Below, in pieces: positions 30,501 through 44,628 of a DNA stretch of 64,000 nt. Position 1 is the first letter of the stretch. Each line of letters begins with the position of its first letter. The position numbers were made by a program, and so were the translations under genes. Where the stretch lies: assembly GCF_009914755.1 (NCBI RefSeq), contig NC_060938.1; one strand, written 5' to 3'. The DNA comes from the human T2T-CHM13v2.0 reference genome, Homo sapiens. The notes under the pieces are model-generated. The model was not told the DNA's origin and made no database searches. It worked only from the letters and a program-made list of their open reading frames with translations.

Positions 30501-30629
30501 AACGTGGGTGGTTACTTTGTCCAGTCCCTTTCGTGGAAGCAGGTTCCAGAGATGGGGCTTGGGAAGTATGAACCAAAGAGGCTGAATTTAAGAGACGAGG
30601 ATGGGCAGTGTCTACTAACATGAACACAG

Positions 30630-31212
30630 GCTGACCCTCTGACGCACAATTCCACCCCTGGGTATAGACCCAAGAGAAAATGCGCACATGCCCCAAAGAC
30701 ATGCAGAAGAATGTTTATAGGAGCTTTATTCATCATCATCCTATACTAGAAACAGCCCAAGTATCCATTTATTTATGGATAAATAGTGGTATATATAGAA
30801 CTAAATAGTAATACTACACAATAATGAAAAAGAACAAGCTATTGATACATACAGTAATGTGGAAGCATCTCACACATATAATGATGACCAGAAAAAGTTC
30901 TGCCAGTGTTCGAACTTCCTATAAATGGAATTTGGCAGTATTTACCCTTTTGTGCCTATATACTACATAGTTCCATTTACAGGAAGTTAAGCCTGGGCAG
31001 AACTTGCTGATGGTGAAAGAAATCAGAGCAATGGTTATCTCGGGTGGGGTGCAGGATATTGACTGGGTAGGGACCTAAGGGAGCCTCTGGGAGTACTAAA
31101 AATGTTCTACACCTTGATCATGGTGGAGATATTAAGTATGTTCATATTTGTCAAGTTGTGCACTTGAGGTTTATGTACTTTAGTGTCTGTAGGTTATACC
31201 TACATTGAAACT
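30630..31212 (+). mobile_element. L1ME/L1MC 3' end with internal inverted duplication
   Basis: caattccacccctgggtatagacccaagagaa...aaagacatg..agaatgtttat; 3'UTR aaatgttcta..cttgatc. Confidence 0.88.
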
Positions 31213-31221
31213 TATTTTTAT

Positions 31222-31379
31222 TTATTGTTTTTTGTTTTGCTTTGTTTTGTTTTGTTTTGTAGAGATGAGGTCTCCCTGTATTGTCCAAGCTGGTCTCAAA
31301 CTCCTGGGTTCAAGTGATTCTCTTGCCTCGGCCTCCCAACATGCTGGGACTATACAGGAGAGAGCCACTCTGCCTGGCC
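31222..31379 (-). mobile_element. FLAM / Alu left monomer
   Basis: Left arm only; TSD tgaaactta. Confidence 0.85.
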
Positions 31380-31629
31380 TGAAACTTACTTTAAAACACA
31401 AGTCAAGAGGACGATCATCAAATCCAAGTGTGAACAGGGGACAAAGGAGTCATTTTCTTTTTTTCGTCCAGGCACCAATAATAGTTGCCTGGTACATAGA
31501 AGGCCTCAGTAAATTATTGTTAGAGGAATGAAGGAAAGAATGGCATCAATAATATTCATGAAAAAAATGCACCAACTCCTTATAGAAGGGAAGAAAATGG
31601 AAAGGAAATGGAAAATGAAGCTAGACAAA

Positions 31630-31900
31630 ACATTCAGATTAATAAATCACGAATATCCATTTATCTATCCAATTTGGGGAAAGCAACAGAGTGCTAGGCA
31701 GCCATGATTATAATACCAGCCCCTGTTTTGGTTGACAAATTAATCTGCCCAGGGTTTGGGAAGTGAGGCAGCATCTCAGTATATCATTCCACAGGCCCAG
31801 CAGCCTCATCTGATTTCAGGAGAATAGATGGAGGCTGCCTGATTTTCATGTAGATTGTTGGAGAGCTGAATGTAAATTGATGTAAATCAGGGAAACGGAT
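31630..31900. promoter_or_regulatory. Candidate PBX-HOX/MEIS enhancer (unique sequence)
   Basis: Motifs only: minus-strand TGATTTAT (31642-31649) and TGATTTAC (31882-31889), TGACA, TAATC, CATTCC. Confidence 0.35.
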
Positions 31901-32418
31901 CAGCGGCCACGGCACCTCATTCTCCATCATGGGGCCTCTCCTGTGCACAGACTAGCCAGTGGCTCTCTGGGTACCTTACCAATCTGAGCCGGGCAGACTT
32001 CTGGGGGCAGGGAGGACCCAGGAAGCCAAAGGGGCGGTTGTGTAGGCTCTGGGAGCCCTTGAGGAAATAGCATTTCCCCAGGAAAGATATCTATGACAAC
32101 CACCAGCTCTGTGGCTCTCGGTGAGTGTCTCAGACACATCTCAGGCCTAATCGACACACCCTCAAGCCAGCAATGAGACGATGGTTATGATTTTTATAAA
32201 GGTAATAAATGTTCATCGTAGAAGACTAGCAAACTCAGATAAGCAAAAAGAAAAGAAATAGCCACCCACAAATCCACAATTTTCATGTGTTGCAATGTGA
32301 ATGCAGATATTAGGTCTGTGTATAAAATTTGTGTTTTCAGTTTGCCATTTTTAATTGTTTCATTCCTTCAGCTCCATGTAATAAATTTAGAAATCGAATA
32401 GGGATAAATGAGTTTATC

Positions 32419-32592
32419 CAGAGGTAGATTTTCTATGGTTAATGAAACAAACTTCATAGAAAGCCTCACTTGCTTGGCCCCTTCCTAGGCTTTGTACCTA
32501 AATTTGCATTCATAAATTTTGTATTCTTTTCCTTAAGGAGGACTTTCCAACTGTCCAATCTCTCTGCTCCACAAAATCCGATTCCATGCCTG
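32419..32592 (+). mobile_element. Arthur1A-like hAT-Tip100 MITE
   Basis: cagaggtagattt...cctcacttgc..ggccccttcc...ttttgtattctttt..ccacaaaa..cctg. Confidence 0.6.
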
Positions 32593-32610
32593 AGTTTAAT
32601 CACAAGCCAG

Positions 32611-33080
32611 TGTTTTGGGCTGAATGGCAACCCCCCAAAATATATGTCAAAGTCCTAATCCCTGTGCCTGTGAATGTGACCTTATTTAGAAATATTGTGG
32701 GCCTTTGCAGATAAAATCAAGGTAAGGTGAAATCATATTGGATTAGGGTGGACCCTAGTCCAATGACCATTGTTCTTATAAAATAGGGAAATTTGGGAGC
32801 ACACACAGGGGAGGAGACCATGGGATGACAAAGGCAGAGATGGGAGTGATACATCTATAAGTGAGAGGATGCTAGGGAAGGCTACCTGAGCATGTCTAGA
32901 ACTACCAGGAGCTAGGAGTGGCAAGAAAGGAGTTCCCCAGGGCCTTTGGAGAGAGCATGGCCCTGGCAACACCTTGATTTCAGACTTCCAGTCATCAGAA
33001 CTGTTAGAAAATAAATTTCTGTTGTTTCAAGCCACCCAGTGTGTGGTATTTTGTTATGGCAGCCCTAGGAGACTAAGGTA
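32611..33080 (+). mobile_element. MLT1C solo LTR
   Basis: gaatgtgaccttatt; caccttgatttcagacttcc; aataaatttctgttg; TSD g(c/t)cag. Confidence 0.92.
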
Positions 33081-33414
33081 GTCAGTGACCCCTAGCGCTT
33101 GCTGAGCACCAGAATTACTGGGGAGACTGAGGGATGCCACAGGAGGCTGTTAGGTAAGGGAGGACCCAGGGCAGTGGAAGGGAGCCTATCAGTGGCATGC
33201 CCTTGGCTCACGGCTGAGGCCACCTCCCCAGTCAGCAAATATTCCCACAGGCAGTGCTGGATCAAAAAGAGATACCCGTTCTTGTTATATGATGTCTCTT
33301 TTTCTCCAATGACCCAAGGAAAGGAAGGCCTGTTTATTGAGTATCTACTAAAAGTGTTAGGCCCTGTGCTATGTCTTCACTTTGGTCATTTATCTGCATC
33401 TCACTATAACTCCC

Positions 33415-33755
33415 TGCTATGGTTTGAATGTGTCCCCTAAAGTCCATGTGTTGGAAACTTAACCTCCAATGCAAGAGTGTTGAAAGGTGATAATTTTAAG
33501 ACATGATTAAGAGGATTAATGTCATATCACAGGAGTACATTCCCGATAAAAGGATGAGTTTGGCCTCCTTTGTGTCTCTTTCTCGTGCCCTTCCACTTTC
33601 CACCATGGGCTGACACAGCAAGAAGGTACTCTTCAGATGCAGCCTCTTGACCTTGGACTTCCCAGCCTCTAGAGCTATAAGAAATAAATATTTGTTCTTT
33701 ATAAATTATCCAGTCTCAGGTATTCTGTTATGGAAGCATGAGAAAGACTAAGATA
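33415..33755 (+). mobile_element. MST (MSTD-like) solo LTR inserted in a MIR
   Basis: tgctatggtttgaatgtgtcccc start; 5-bp TSD ctccc. Confidence 0.9.
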
Positions 33756-33799
33756 CTCCCTAAGATATAAATAGCATTATCCTCATTTTACTGACAAGA

Positions 33800-34470
33800 A
33801 TTTGGAAACCTCATACATTGCTGCTGGGAATGTAAAATGGTGCAGCCACTGTGGAAAACAGTTGGGTGATCCCCCAGTGAGTTAATCATAGAGTTACCAT
33901 ATGACATAGCAATTCCACTCCTAGGTATAGACCCAGAAGAACTGACAACAGGTGTTCAGAAAAAAAATCCTGTATGTTAATATTCATGGCCGCACTATCT
34001 ACAATGGCTAAAAGGTAGACACAACCCAAATGTTGAACAGCAAATGAATGGGTAAAGAAAATGTGGCATATCCACACATATGATGACATATGGTTCAGCC
34101 ATAAAAGGAATAAGGAATGAGGTATTGATGCACACTACAACAGGAGTGAATGTTGAAAATATTATGCTAAGTGAAAGAAGCCAGACAGAAAAAGCCACAT
34201 ACTGTATGATTTGTTTTATATGAAATGTCCAAAAATACATCAATCCATAAAGACAAACCACAAATTGGTGGTTGCCAGGGGACAAGGGAAGGGAGGAACG
34301 AGGAGTGACTGCCTAACAGATACAGGGGCCTCCTTTTCAGGGATGATGACAATGTTTTAGACCTAGATAGTGATGGTGCTTGCACAACAATGTGAATATA
34401 TTTCATGCCATTGTATACACATTAAAATGATGAGTTTTATGTTATGTGTATTTTATCACAATAAAAATTT
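33800..34470 (+). mobile_element. L1MB 3' end
   Basis: cattgctgctgggaatgtaaaatggtgcagccactgtggaaaacag...ttttatcacaataaaaa. Confidence 0.92.
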
Positions 34471-35084
34471 TTCCAAAAGAATTGTCAGTGGATTTCTCCT
34501 GCTGCTGCCTGTTCCTTCTCCTCCCTGTCCTAGGCAAACTTCTCAGAAGAGCTGTACATACAGGCTGTCTCCTGTTGCTACCACCCCTCACTCCCTGCTC
34601 CCCTCCAGTCTGGCTTCAGGCACCATGGCTTCTGGAAGATGTCCCATTAGATGACTGTTGTCCTTTTCCACTTACCTGACCCTCAGGCATCACCGCACAA
34701 CACACACTACTCATGCAGACAGCACACACACACCTTTTCCATTTGAAGTAAGCTGCTCTCTCCGAAGGCTGTTTTGTTCCTGGTGCAGCTCCCTTGACGC
34801 TGGAAACTTTCAGACTGACAACTCAATGCTGACCTTGAGCAAGGTTTTATTCCTCAACAGGAGAGACAGGCCCGAGCCCAGCAATTATGGGCTGATGGCC
34901 GTCAACCTAGCTCATCCAGGGGACAGAGATTCTCGCCCAGGCAGGCATCCGTTGCAGAATATATATTCATGAGAGTCAAAAGGTAATTTGCACATGTCTT
35001 AAATTGCACCCTACCTTTCTCCATCAATTTTCTTCTCCTGCAGAAGGTAAAATTAAAGGCTTCAGAATATTATACATTTTAGTA

Positions 35085-35260
35085 GTTACCAGGTGACAGG
35101 GAATCAAGGTGTCAAAGTTATTGACAGGCTGGCAGGTTGAACTTGGGCTTGGGATATCCTTTATCACAGCTACAATCAGAGCACTCTGTAACCACATCTC
35201 AGGGACAATAGCAATTAATTTAGAGAAAATGCAACCACAGTGAAAACTATGAATAATTTT
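35085..35260. promoter_or_regulatory. Candidate T-box/MEIS/GATA/RUNX enhancer (unique sequence)
   Basis: Motifs only: AGGTGTCA, TGACAG x2, TTATCA, AACCACA x2. Confidence 0.35.
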
Positions 35261-35329
35261 ATTAATACTTGTGCATCTTCTGAACACTTTGAGCTCTTTG
35301 GGGTTCAACCTCAGTGGCAATCCGAGGAA

Positions 35330-35540
35330 ATACAGTACAGGGGTTCAGAATGCTGGCTTTTCCACCAAGACAACCTGGGCACAAGTCTCAGCTCTGACGC
35401 TTACCAGCTATATGGCCTTGAATTCATCCATTACCTCTCTGAGGTTTTGTTTCCTCTCCTGTAAAATGGGGAGACTAATAGTTCCTATAGCATGAGGACT
35501 TTTATGACGTTAAAAGGAGTACATTTCTTCATCTGAGAAA
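35330..35540 (+). mobile_element. MIR
   Basis: gtttcctctcctgtaaaatgggg core. Confidence 0.75.
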
Positions 35541-35744
35541 TTTGCTAGGTACTGTAGTCAAACCAGGCAAGTCCCTGGCCTTGTGCCATCTGCATTCTAG
35601 AAATACTGAAAGCACAGAGCTGGAACAGGGTCTGATTTCCTATAGCCCTTAGCAAGTGCTAGTTAATATTATTATGAAGAACATGTTTTCCTTTTTGATG
35701 GTATAGAGCACAAAGTATACAGTTCAGTAATTTTAAAAAAATAG

Positions 35745-36930
<1,186 letters not shown>

Positions 36931-37499
36931 TACTGCATGAAAAACTGTCTATTGTGCATTATTTCTTAGAATATAAACATATTCTATAGATTAGACACTG
37001 TGCTACGTGCCAGAGATACAGAGCTGTGCCCAGCGCAGGCCTTGTGCTCAGAGAGTACACAGTTTAAAAGTTGGATGTGAAACATCCTCCAATTTTCCCA
37101 GTATGAACTGTCTCATAACATAAATCCAAAACAGGGAGTCATACTCTATGGAAACACTGTGCGGGAGGACATTTATTTATTTAAATATCTGAGCTCCTAC
37201 AAGGTGTCAGGCCCCATGCAAGGTGAGTAAGGTGGATAAGATATGCTTCCTGATCTTGTGCAGCTTATGGCCTGGGGCCAGGGGAAGAGGCAAGTTGCAA
37301 AGTGAGGTGTCCTATAATCAAGGAAGAGCAACAGGCTGTTCCTGTTCCTCGACTGTTCCCAGTAGTCTGGGAAGTCAGGGAAGGTGGAGTACACATTGTT
37401 GGTGGCCTGGTCTACAGATAGTCTCTCCTTCCTCCTTCCCTCCCATCAGCTAAGTAGTCTTCCTGCAGCAATATTTTACAAAATATTTCAAACGTGGTG

Positions 37500-37930
37500 G
37501 CCCTGTATTCCCAGAAGTTTGAGCCTCACCCCTGCTCCGGAAGATGAACTCTGATTGGTCCAAGCCAATCCAGAGGCATCCATTCTTTCACAAGCCATGG
37601 TTAAGCCAGGGGCATGTGACACAATTCTGGCCAATTAGAAGTGAGGGGAAGTCCTTTGGCGTGGGTTGGGGGTGGGAGGTTCTGGGAAACATTTTCCTCA
37701 CTAATTAAAAAAAACAAACAAAAAAAGAAAACCTCTTCGGGGAGGAATTATCCCATTTTCTGCCTCTGGTCTTCATCATCAGTAGGTGACACTGTCTTAG
37801 AGCCCATTAAACTGCCAGCACAATTCACCTAGAATTGCTTCATCTGTGACTTTTGGTTCTGTGTGATAATAAAGTTTTTGTTGTTGTTTATATCACCTTT
37901 TGTTGGATCTTCCCTTATTTATAGGCAAAC
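37500..37930 (+). mobile_element. MLT1K/LTR33-like old LTR
   Basis: tgattggtccaagccaatc...gggcatgtgacacaattctggccaat..ggggaagtc. Confidence 0.65.
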
Positions 37931-38214
37931 ACATTTCAGTTGGTAGGAAAGTCTTCTTAAGGGACATGATTTCTAAGCTAAGCATTTAAGGATGCCCCTG
38001 AGTGAACCAGGAGGGAACTCCACGGAAGGGATGACCAGTGATTTAGCCTCCAAACCAGGACGCTGCACCAGAGAGCGTGGACTTTGCTGATGATGACCCT
38101 GGGACAATGGACCTAAACCAGCTCTGCCCCTGGTGACATGGGACATATGGACCCCCTGCCCACAGCTAGAGCTCAGGGTGAGCCGAGACACAAAGCTGCT
38201 TCTATTTTTAATTT

Positions 38215-38640
38215 AATTTTATTAACAAACACAGCTTGCTTGCACTGTGCCAGACATCGTTCTCAGCGCCTTATAAATATGAACCCAGAAGGTGATCCTG
38301 AGAGTGGTCAGGATACAGGAGGATAGGGCAAGAGCTGGCTTGTAAGACCATGGTGGCTTCATCCAGGTGGAGGTATGTAAGCAAGACCTGGAGGTGGGAC
38401 GGGCACACCAGGCAGGAGGCACAGCTGGAGGAAGAGCAGGAGATGCTCAACAATTGGCAGAAACTGCAATCCAGTCAGAGCTTGGGGTGTGCAGGGAGGT
38501 GGGAGAGAGGCCACACCAGGCAAGGTTGCAGGAGTCAAGACTTTGTCTTGGAGACCTCTAAGGGTCTGAGCAGCAGTTGCAGATGCAGTTTTTGAGAGAT
38601 CCAAAGCTGATATAATTTGAGCGATTCCCCTTAAGAAAAA
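38215..38640 (-). mobile_element. L2 fragment
   Basis: cactgtgccagaca..gttct; ggcttcatccaggtggagg..agcaagacctgga. Confidence 0.5.
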
Positions 38641-39359
38641 AAGCATACAAAAGTATGGGTCATGGAAAGGCCCCATTCAAGTAAGAGGCCCTGAGCTTAC
38701 GCTTCACTAGCATGGCAGAAATCACCTCCAGTGAGAAGAGATGTGACATAGTCACAAGCGGGCCTTAGAGAAGCAGTGTGGTCACCATACAAGCTGTAAA
38801 TGTGAGAGAGAAAGACGGGAAAACCATTGATGACAAAGCATGGAAAAGAAATTGGGGAACTACATTTTGCATCCCGTCGGAAATTTTCAGTTTGTGTGGT
38901 CAAAAGAGAGGTCTTTGGCCAGCACAAGGAGATTACAGGGAAAGGGGATGTGGCCTGACCTGGGACATGTTCCATCTGCCCACCGGATCCTAGTCTCTCC
39001 CTCTGAGGGGGTGAGGAGAACTGATGATATACGGCCTTCCACCTCTGTCATTTGGTAATTTAAGGAGGCACAGAAAGCCACCTGAGGCCATCTTGGGTTC
39101 TGAGACTTTTTCACTGGAAGTGACTTTATTATAACATAAAACATTGCTGACAGGCGGGATACCCTAGATCACCTAGATCAGTTTCCAAAATCCAGCTGGT
39201 TGTCAGAATTTTCGGGGAGTTTAAAATCAAAAACATTTAAAAAAAGAAGAAACTACATCCAGGTGCCCTGTGTGGGGCCACGGGCCATGATCAGTAGACC
39301 AGGGGTGGGGAGCCGTTGGCCTGGGATGGGAGTTTCACACCAGGCCTAAGATACTGTGA

Positions 39360-39756
<397 letters not shown>

Positions 39757-40115
39757 TAAAGATGTTTATGGATGAGATTAGCATTTGAATCACCAAGCTT
39801 GCTTAAGAAGATGGCCTTCCCCAGTGTGAGTGGACACCTTGCTATCCACTGAGGGTCTCAATAGAATGAAAGGCCAAGGAAGGAGGAATCCCCTTCTTTT
39901 TTTCTTTCTCACTGCTTCAGCTGGAACATCTCATCTCATCTCATCTCCTGCCCCTGGGCTCTGATTTCCACCACTGGGTTCTATAGTTCTCAAATATTCA
40001 GATTCAGACTGAATCACACCATCAGTTTTTCTGAGTCTCCAGTTTGCAGGCAGCCGATTGTGGGACTTCCCAGCCTCCATAATCAGTGAGCCAATTCCTT
40101 GTAATAACTCTACGA

Positions 40116-40168
<53 letters not shown>

Positions 40169-40178
40169 CATCCATCCA
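40116..40178. repeat. (TCTG)n(TCTA)n(TCCA)n compound STR
   Basis: Directly visible. Confidence 0.95.
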
Positions 40179-40223
40179 CCTCCTATTGGTTCTACAGTTA
40201 TTTTTTAAACCACTGCTCCGGAG

Positions 40224-40404
40224 CCAGAGCTCTTAATGTGGAATCCATGGAACCAGGGGTCCTTGACTGGGCTTCCAAGAGTTGGGGAAGTTTCTGGAAT
40301 TGTAAGCAGAAATCTGTGTGCATTTGCATATTAGAAGAACTCATGGCTTTCAGCTATTCTGAAGTTTTCCTGGGGCTCCTCCCATAAAAGGGTAAGAATT
40401 ATAG
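40224..40404. mobile_element. MER103C-like hAT MITE
   Basis: tccatgga..caggggtcc...ggctttcagctattct..aaaagggtaagaa. Confidence 0.5.
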
Positions 40405-40406
40405 TA

Positions 40407-40890
40407 CAGCTCTTCTCAGACAAATGTGCACATGTTGATCTTGTTAAAATGCAGATTCTGGCTGGGCGCGGTGGCTCACGCCTGTAATCCCGGCACTTTG
40501 AGAGGCTGAGGCAGGCGGATCACCTGAGGTCAGGAGTTCGAAACCAGCCCGGCCAACATGGTGAAACCCTGTCTCTACTAAAGATACAAAAATTAGCTGG
40601 GTCTAGTGGCAGTTGCCTGTAGTCTCAGCTATTTGGGAGGCTAAGGCAGAAGAATTGCTTGAACCCTGGAGGCAGTTGCAGTGAACAGAGATCGCGCCAC
40701 TGCACTCCAGCCTGGGTGACACAGCGAGACTCCGTCTCAAAACAAACAAATAAATAAATAACAAAATAAAATAAAATGCAGATTCTGATTCAGGAGGTCT
40801 TTGGTGGAGCCTGAGATGCTGCATTTCTCACGCGTTCTCAGGTGATGCTGATGCTGCTCGCCCATGGATCACACTTTGAATAACAGGGCT
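40407..40890. mobile_element. MER5A split by an Alu
   Basis: cttgttaaaatgcagattctg | gattcaggaggtct...ctgcatttctc..caggtgatgctgatgctgct..cacactttga. Confidence 0.88.
40459..40775 (+). mobile_element. AluSx-like
   Basis: TSD aaaatgcagattctg. Confidence 0.95.
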
Positions 40891-40897
40891 GAAGTCT

Positions 40898-41218
40898 ATC
40901 CTGTCCAATAATGAAGACACTGGCCACATGCAGCCACTGGGTTGTTGAAATGTCACATCCAATCTGAGATGTGCTGTAAGTGTGAAATACATGCCAGATT
41001 TCAAAGACTTAGTACCCCACGAAGATAAAATATCTCCTTAATAATTGCTACATTGATTATATGTTACAATGGTAACATTTCGGACGTATAGGGTTTAAAA
41101 TATATCATTTATGTTCATTTCACCTGTTCCTTTTTACTTTTTAAGAATGTGGCCAGTAAAAATATTTAAATTACATAGATGACTTGCACTTGTGGCTCGC
41201 ATTCTATTTCTCTTGATT
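40898..41218. mobile_element. MER33 hAT MITE
   Basis: ctgtccaata...tgagatgtgctgtaagtgt..ccagatttcaaagacttagta...gtggctcgcatt. Confidence 0.85.
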
Positions 41219-41489
41219 ATTGATGATTAAATGGCAGCCAGCTCAGGAATAAAGAGATGGCATAGGGTAGTAGAAAGAGCCCCAGAATTTGGTCCTGGGG
41301 CAAATCCTAGTGGTACAGCTGAACAGCCTAGAGACCTGGATCAGTTGCTTTCCCATCCATACCTGAGTTAGTCAACCAGTATAACAGAGGTTAGGGGAAG
41401 GGTCACTGAAGGATCCTCTCAGGTCTCAAGAGCCATATGGCTTCTACAGAACCTCACCTCCCTAATGCAGCATCACACAAACAGAGGGC

Positions 41490-41735
41490 TGTGTAGTGGT
41501 CAAGGTACGAGGTCTGGGGCAGACTGGCTGTGTTCAAGCCCTGGCTTGCAAGTTACCCCATTTGACCTGGGGCAAGATGCTGCATCTCTCTCTGCTGGGC
41601 CTTGCGTTTTCCACTTGTAAGATGCATATAATGATCGTGTCCATCTCACAGTCTTGATGAGGGGAATACATGAGCTAATCCCTAGGAAGGCTTAGGCCAT
41701 AGCCTGGCATATGCAAGCCCTTCACTAATGGATAC
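41490..41735 (+). mobile_element. MIR
   Basis: gtgtagtggtcaag...tgacctggggcaag...agcctggcatat. Confidence 0.7.
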
Positions 41736-41743
41736 CAGTGTTT

Positions 41744-42120
41744 TCTATTAGTCTATTTTCATGCTGCTAATAAAGACATACCCAAGACTGGGTAATTTAT
41801 AAAGGAAAGAGGTTGAATCGACTCACAGTTCAGCGTGGCTGGGGAGGCCTCAGGAAACTTACAATCATGGCAGAAGGAAAAGCAAACACATCCTTCTTCA
41901 CATAGTGGTATGAAGGAGAAGTGCCAGAGAAAGGGGGAAAAGCCCCTTATAGAACCACCAGATCTCCTGAGAACTCACTCACTTACACGAGAACAGCAGC
42001 AGGGGGTAACCGCCCCCACGATTCAATTACCTCTCACTGGGTGCCTTCCACAACACATGGGGATTGTGGGAACTACAATTCAAGATGAGATGTGGGTGGG
42101 GACACAGCCAAACCATATCA
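41744..42120 (-). mobile_element. THE1 (THE1C-like) solo LTR
   Basis: tgctgctaataaagacatacccaagactgggtaatttat...gggacacagccaaaccatatca; 5-bp TSD tgttt. Confidence 0.95.
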
Positions 42121-42164
42121 TGTTTTATTACAAACCAGCTTAAAATTCACATTCTATCCCTTCT

Positions 42165-42325
42165 GTATGAGGTGAGCTCGGCCTCTGACTTTGCCAACCC
42201 TCAGGTTCCTCTCTGTAAGATAAAAATATCATTACTTACCGACACGTGAATACGACAGTATATGTGAAGTGCCTAGCACTGTGCACAGCTCGTGGCAGGC
42301 CCTGAATAAATGGCAAATCATTGTC
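42165..42325 (+). mobile_element. MIR
   Basis: ctcaggttcctctctgtaa...gtgaagtgcctagcactgtg. Confidence 0.65.
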
Positions 42326-43074
42326 CTCTTCTGCTCCTTTCTGTTATTTTAGTGTCTGTTCCTGGAACCAAGAGATGCTGTGTTTGATCAAATCGGATGT
42401 CCCTTCTTCAGGGTATTGCTTCTCAGAGCAGCCAAGGGTCGAGCTTAGATGCCCTCTCTCACCAACATGGAGTCCGGTAACAGAGCCAGGTAAACTTTCA
42501 GCTTGAACCTTCTGGGAACCTATTTTATGCCCCATGCAGAATTTGATCAAAAATTAAAAGAAAAAAATATTGTTGTGAACCTGTTCCCACAGCAAGAAAC
42601 CTCATGGACGGCCGTGGCAGGTAGTAGCACTATTTTATTCATTTGCAAGGCCTGGAAACTTTAAAATTTCACTTGGAGGCTGTGTCTTTGCCTCCTCTCC
42701 TCTCTGGGTTGTGTGTTTGGGTCTCAGTTGTAATATATTTTAGGTTTGCAGCTCCACATGACATTTCTGGTTTTGTTTTGCCCGACTGATGGAGTCCAGA
42801 AGGCTAAACCGTCACCCTGCATGGGACATTGCATCTCTGAAGTAGAGTTGCCCAGCGGAAAGGCCTGGAAAATGATTTATGGGTGGTGGGGAGTCGCCTT
42901 GCATGAAATAAAGGATGGGCTAATGGGCTGGTCCCCACTCGGGAAAGAGTGTTTTCGTTCCAGGAAGCTGAGGACCACAACTATTTCTGTCGAGCAGGCT
43001 TGGCAGTTCATTTCTGCAGGGCTTTCACAGAAGGTTTCAGGGCTCATCAACTTTTCCAGGCTTTGAAGCAAAAG

Positions 43075-43285
43075 GCGGCTGTGGTGTGCTGGAAAGCTCG
43101 CCAGCATTGTAGCTGAGAAATCTGGCTTCAGGTCCCAGCTCTGCCTCTTGCTACCTGGCCTCTGTTTCCTCATAGGTAAAATGGGGACAGTAATACATTG
43201 CTCCTGAGTGACCGTGGGGAGTCAGGGGCATAATGTGTGATGGTGTATCCAACATAGAACAGCCGCTTCATAAACATGTGTCAAA
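43075..43285 (+). mobile_element. MIR
   Basis: cccagctctgcc..cctctgtttcctcataggtaaaatgggga. Confidence 0.7.
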
Positions 43286-43684
43286 TGGAAAACCATTAGA
43301 CAAGTACACACAGTGTCGGGGAAGAATTAGTAAGAGAAAATTTCCAAGCTCTGTGGCTGTGAGAAAAATGCCAAGATCTCTGAATTCAAGATGCCCATTT
43401 TGAATGGCCCTGGGGAAGGGCTTCCTGAGGGTTGACTACCATGAGTCCCGCTGTGGTTGTGAGCAGAGGAGACAGGCCTGCTGGCTCAGGGCTGGCTGTG
43501 CTGGAATCTTTGAGGACTGTCCCATATAGATGAATTAGCGCATTTTATACTGGCTCAGAAAAGACAGCTGTGTGTTCTGTGCCCCCTGGCTGCCTGTTTT
43601 CCTTACTTTGTTCAAATGGCTAATTACACTCCAATATCCGTTCTCTCCTTTTTTTTTCTTCCATCATTATAAACCATACAGCTG

Positions 43685-43975
<291 letters not shown>

Positions 43976-44489
43976 ATAAGTGAATATGTATATGCATCCC
44001 TATGTACATACCACAAACTCACGCATCTGTCCACCCACACTCACAGTGAACACCCTATTAGCCGGGCTCTTGCTACCCAGCTGGACCTTCTATATTTCAG
44101 CCTCCCTTGCAGCTAGATGTGCCTTTGGGCACATTTGGCCAATTCTGGCTAGAGCCAAAGCAAATGGGCACATTTTTGCTAAGACGAATTCTGTAATGGG
44201 GGAGTAGTTTATCTCACATGTGGCCTCAGAGCAACAGGATTTTTTTTCTCTTGGGACTAAAAATTGCTTATTGTTTTATTATAATTATAAATGCAGCACA
44301 TGCTTATGGTAGAAAATTTGGAAAGTAATGATAAAATTAATTTATAATCTCATCAGATATAGGTAATCCCCATTAATTATTTGATGAAATGTTCTAGTAA
44401 TTGTGTCTGAATGTTTCTTTGGCACAAGAGGATTCCTACCAGACACTTAGTTTTGTATTTTGTGTGTTTTTTTAAATTCAAATTACCTT

Positions 44490-44628
44490 AGGAGGCTGAG
44501 GTGGGAGGATCACTTGAGCCCAGGAGGTTGAGGCTGCAGTGAGCTATAATTGTGCCATGGCACTCCAGCCTAGGTGACAGAATGAGCCCCTGTCTCAAAA
44601 AAATAAATAAAATAAAATAAAATAAAAA
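44490..44628 (+). mobile_element. 5'-truncated Alu right arm (J/FRAM) within L1ME debris
   Basis: ggaggctgaggtgggaggatcacttgagcccagg. Confidence 0.88.

Noticed and set aside
35015-35052. Strong 3' splice-like site followed by AAG/GTAAAA (possible microexon)
   Set aside because: No host gene is visible, and such motifs are common by chance.
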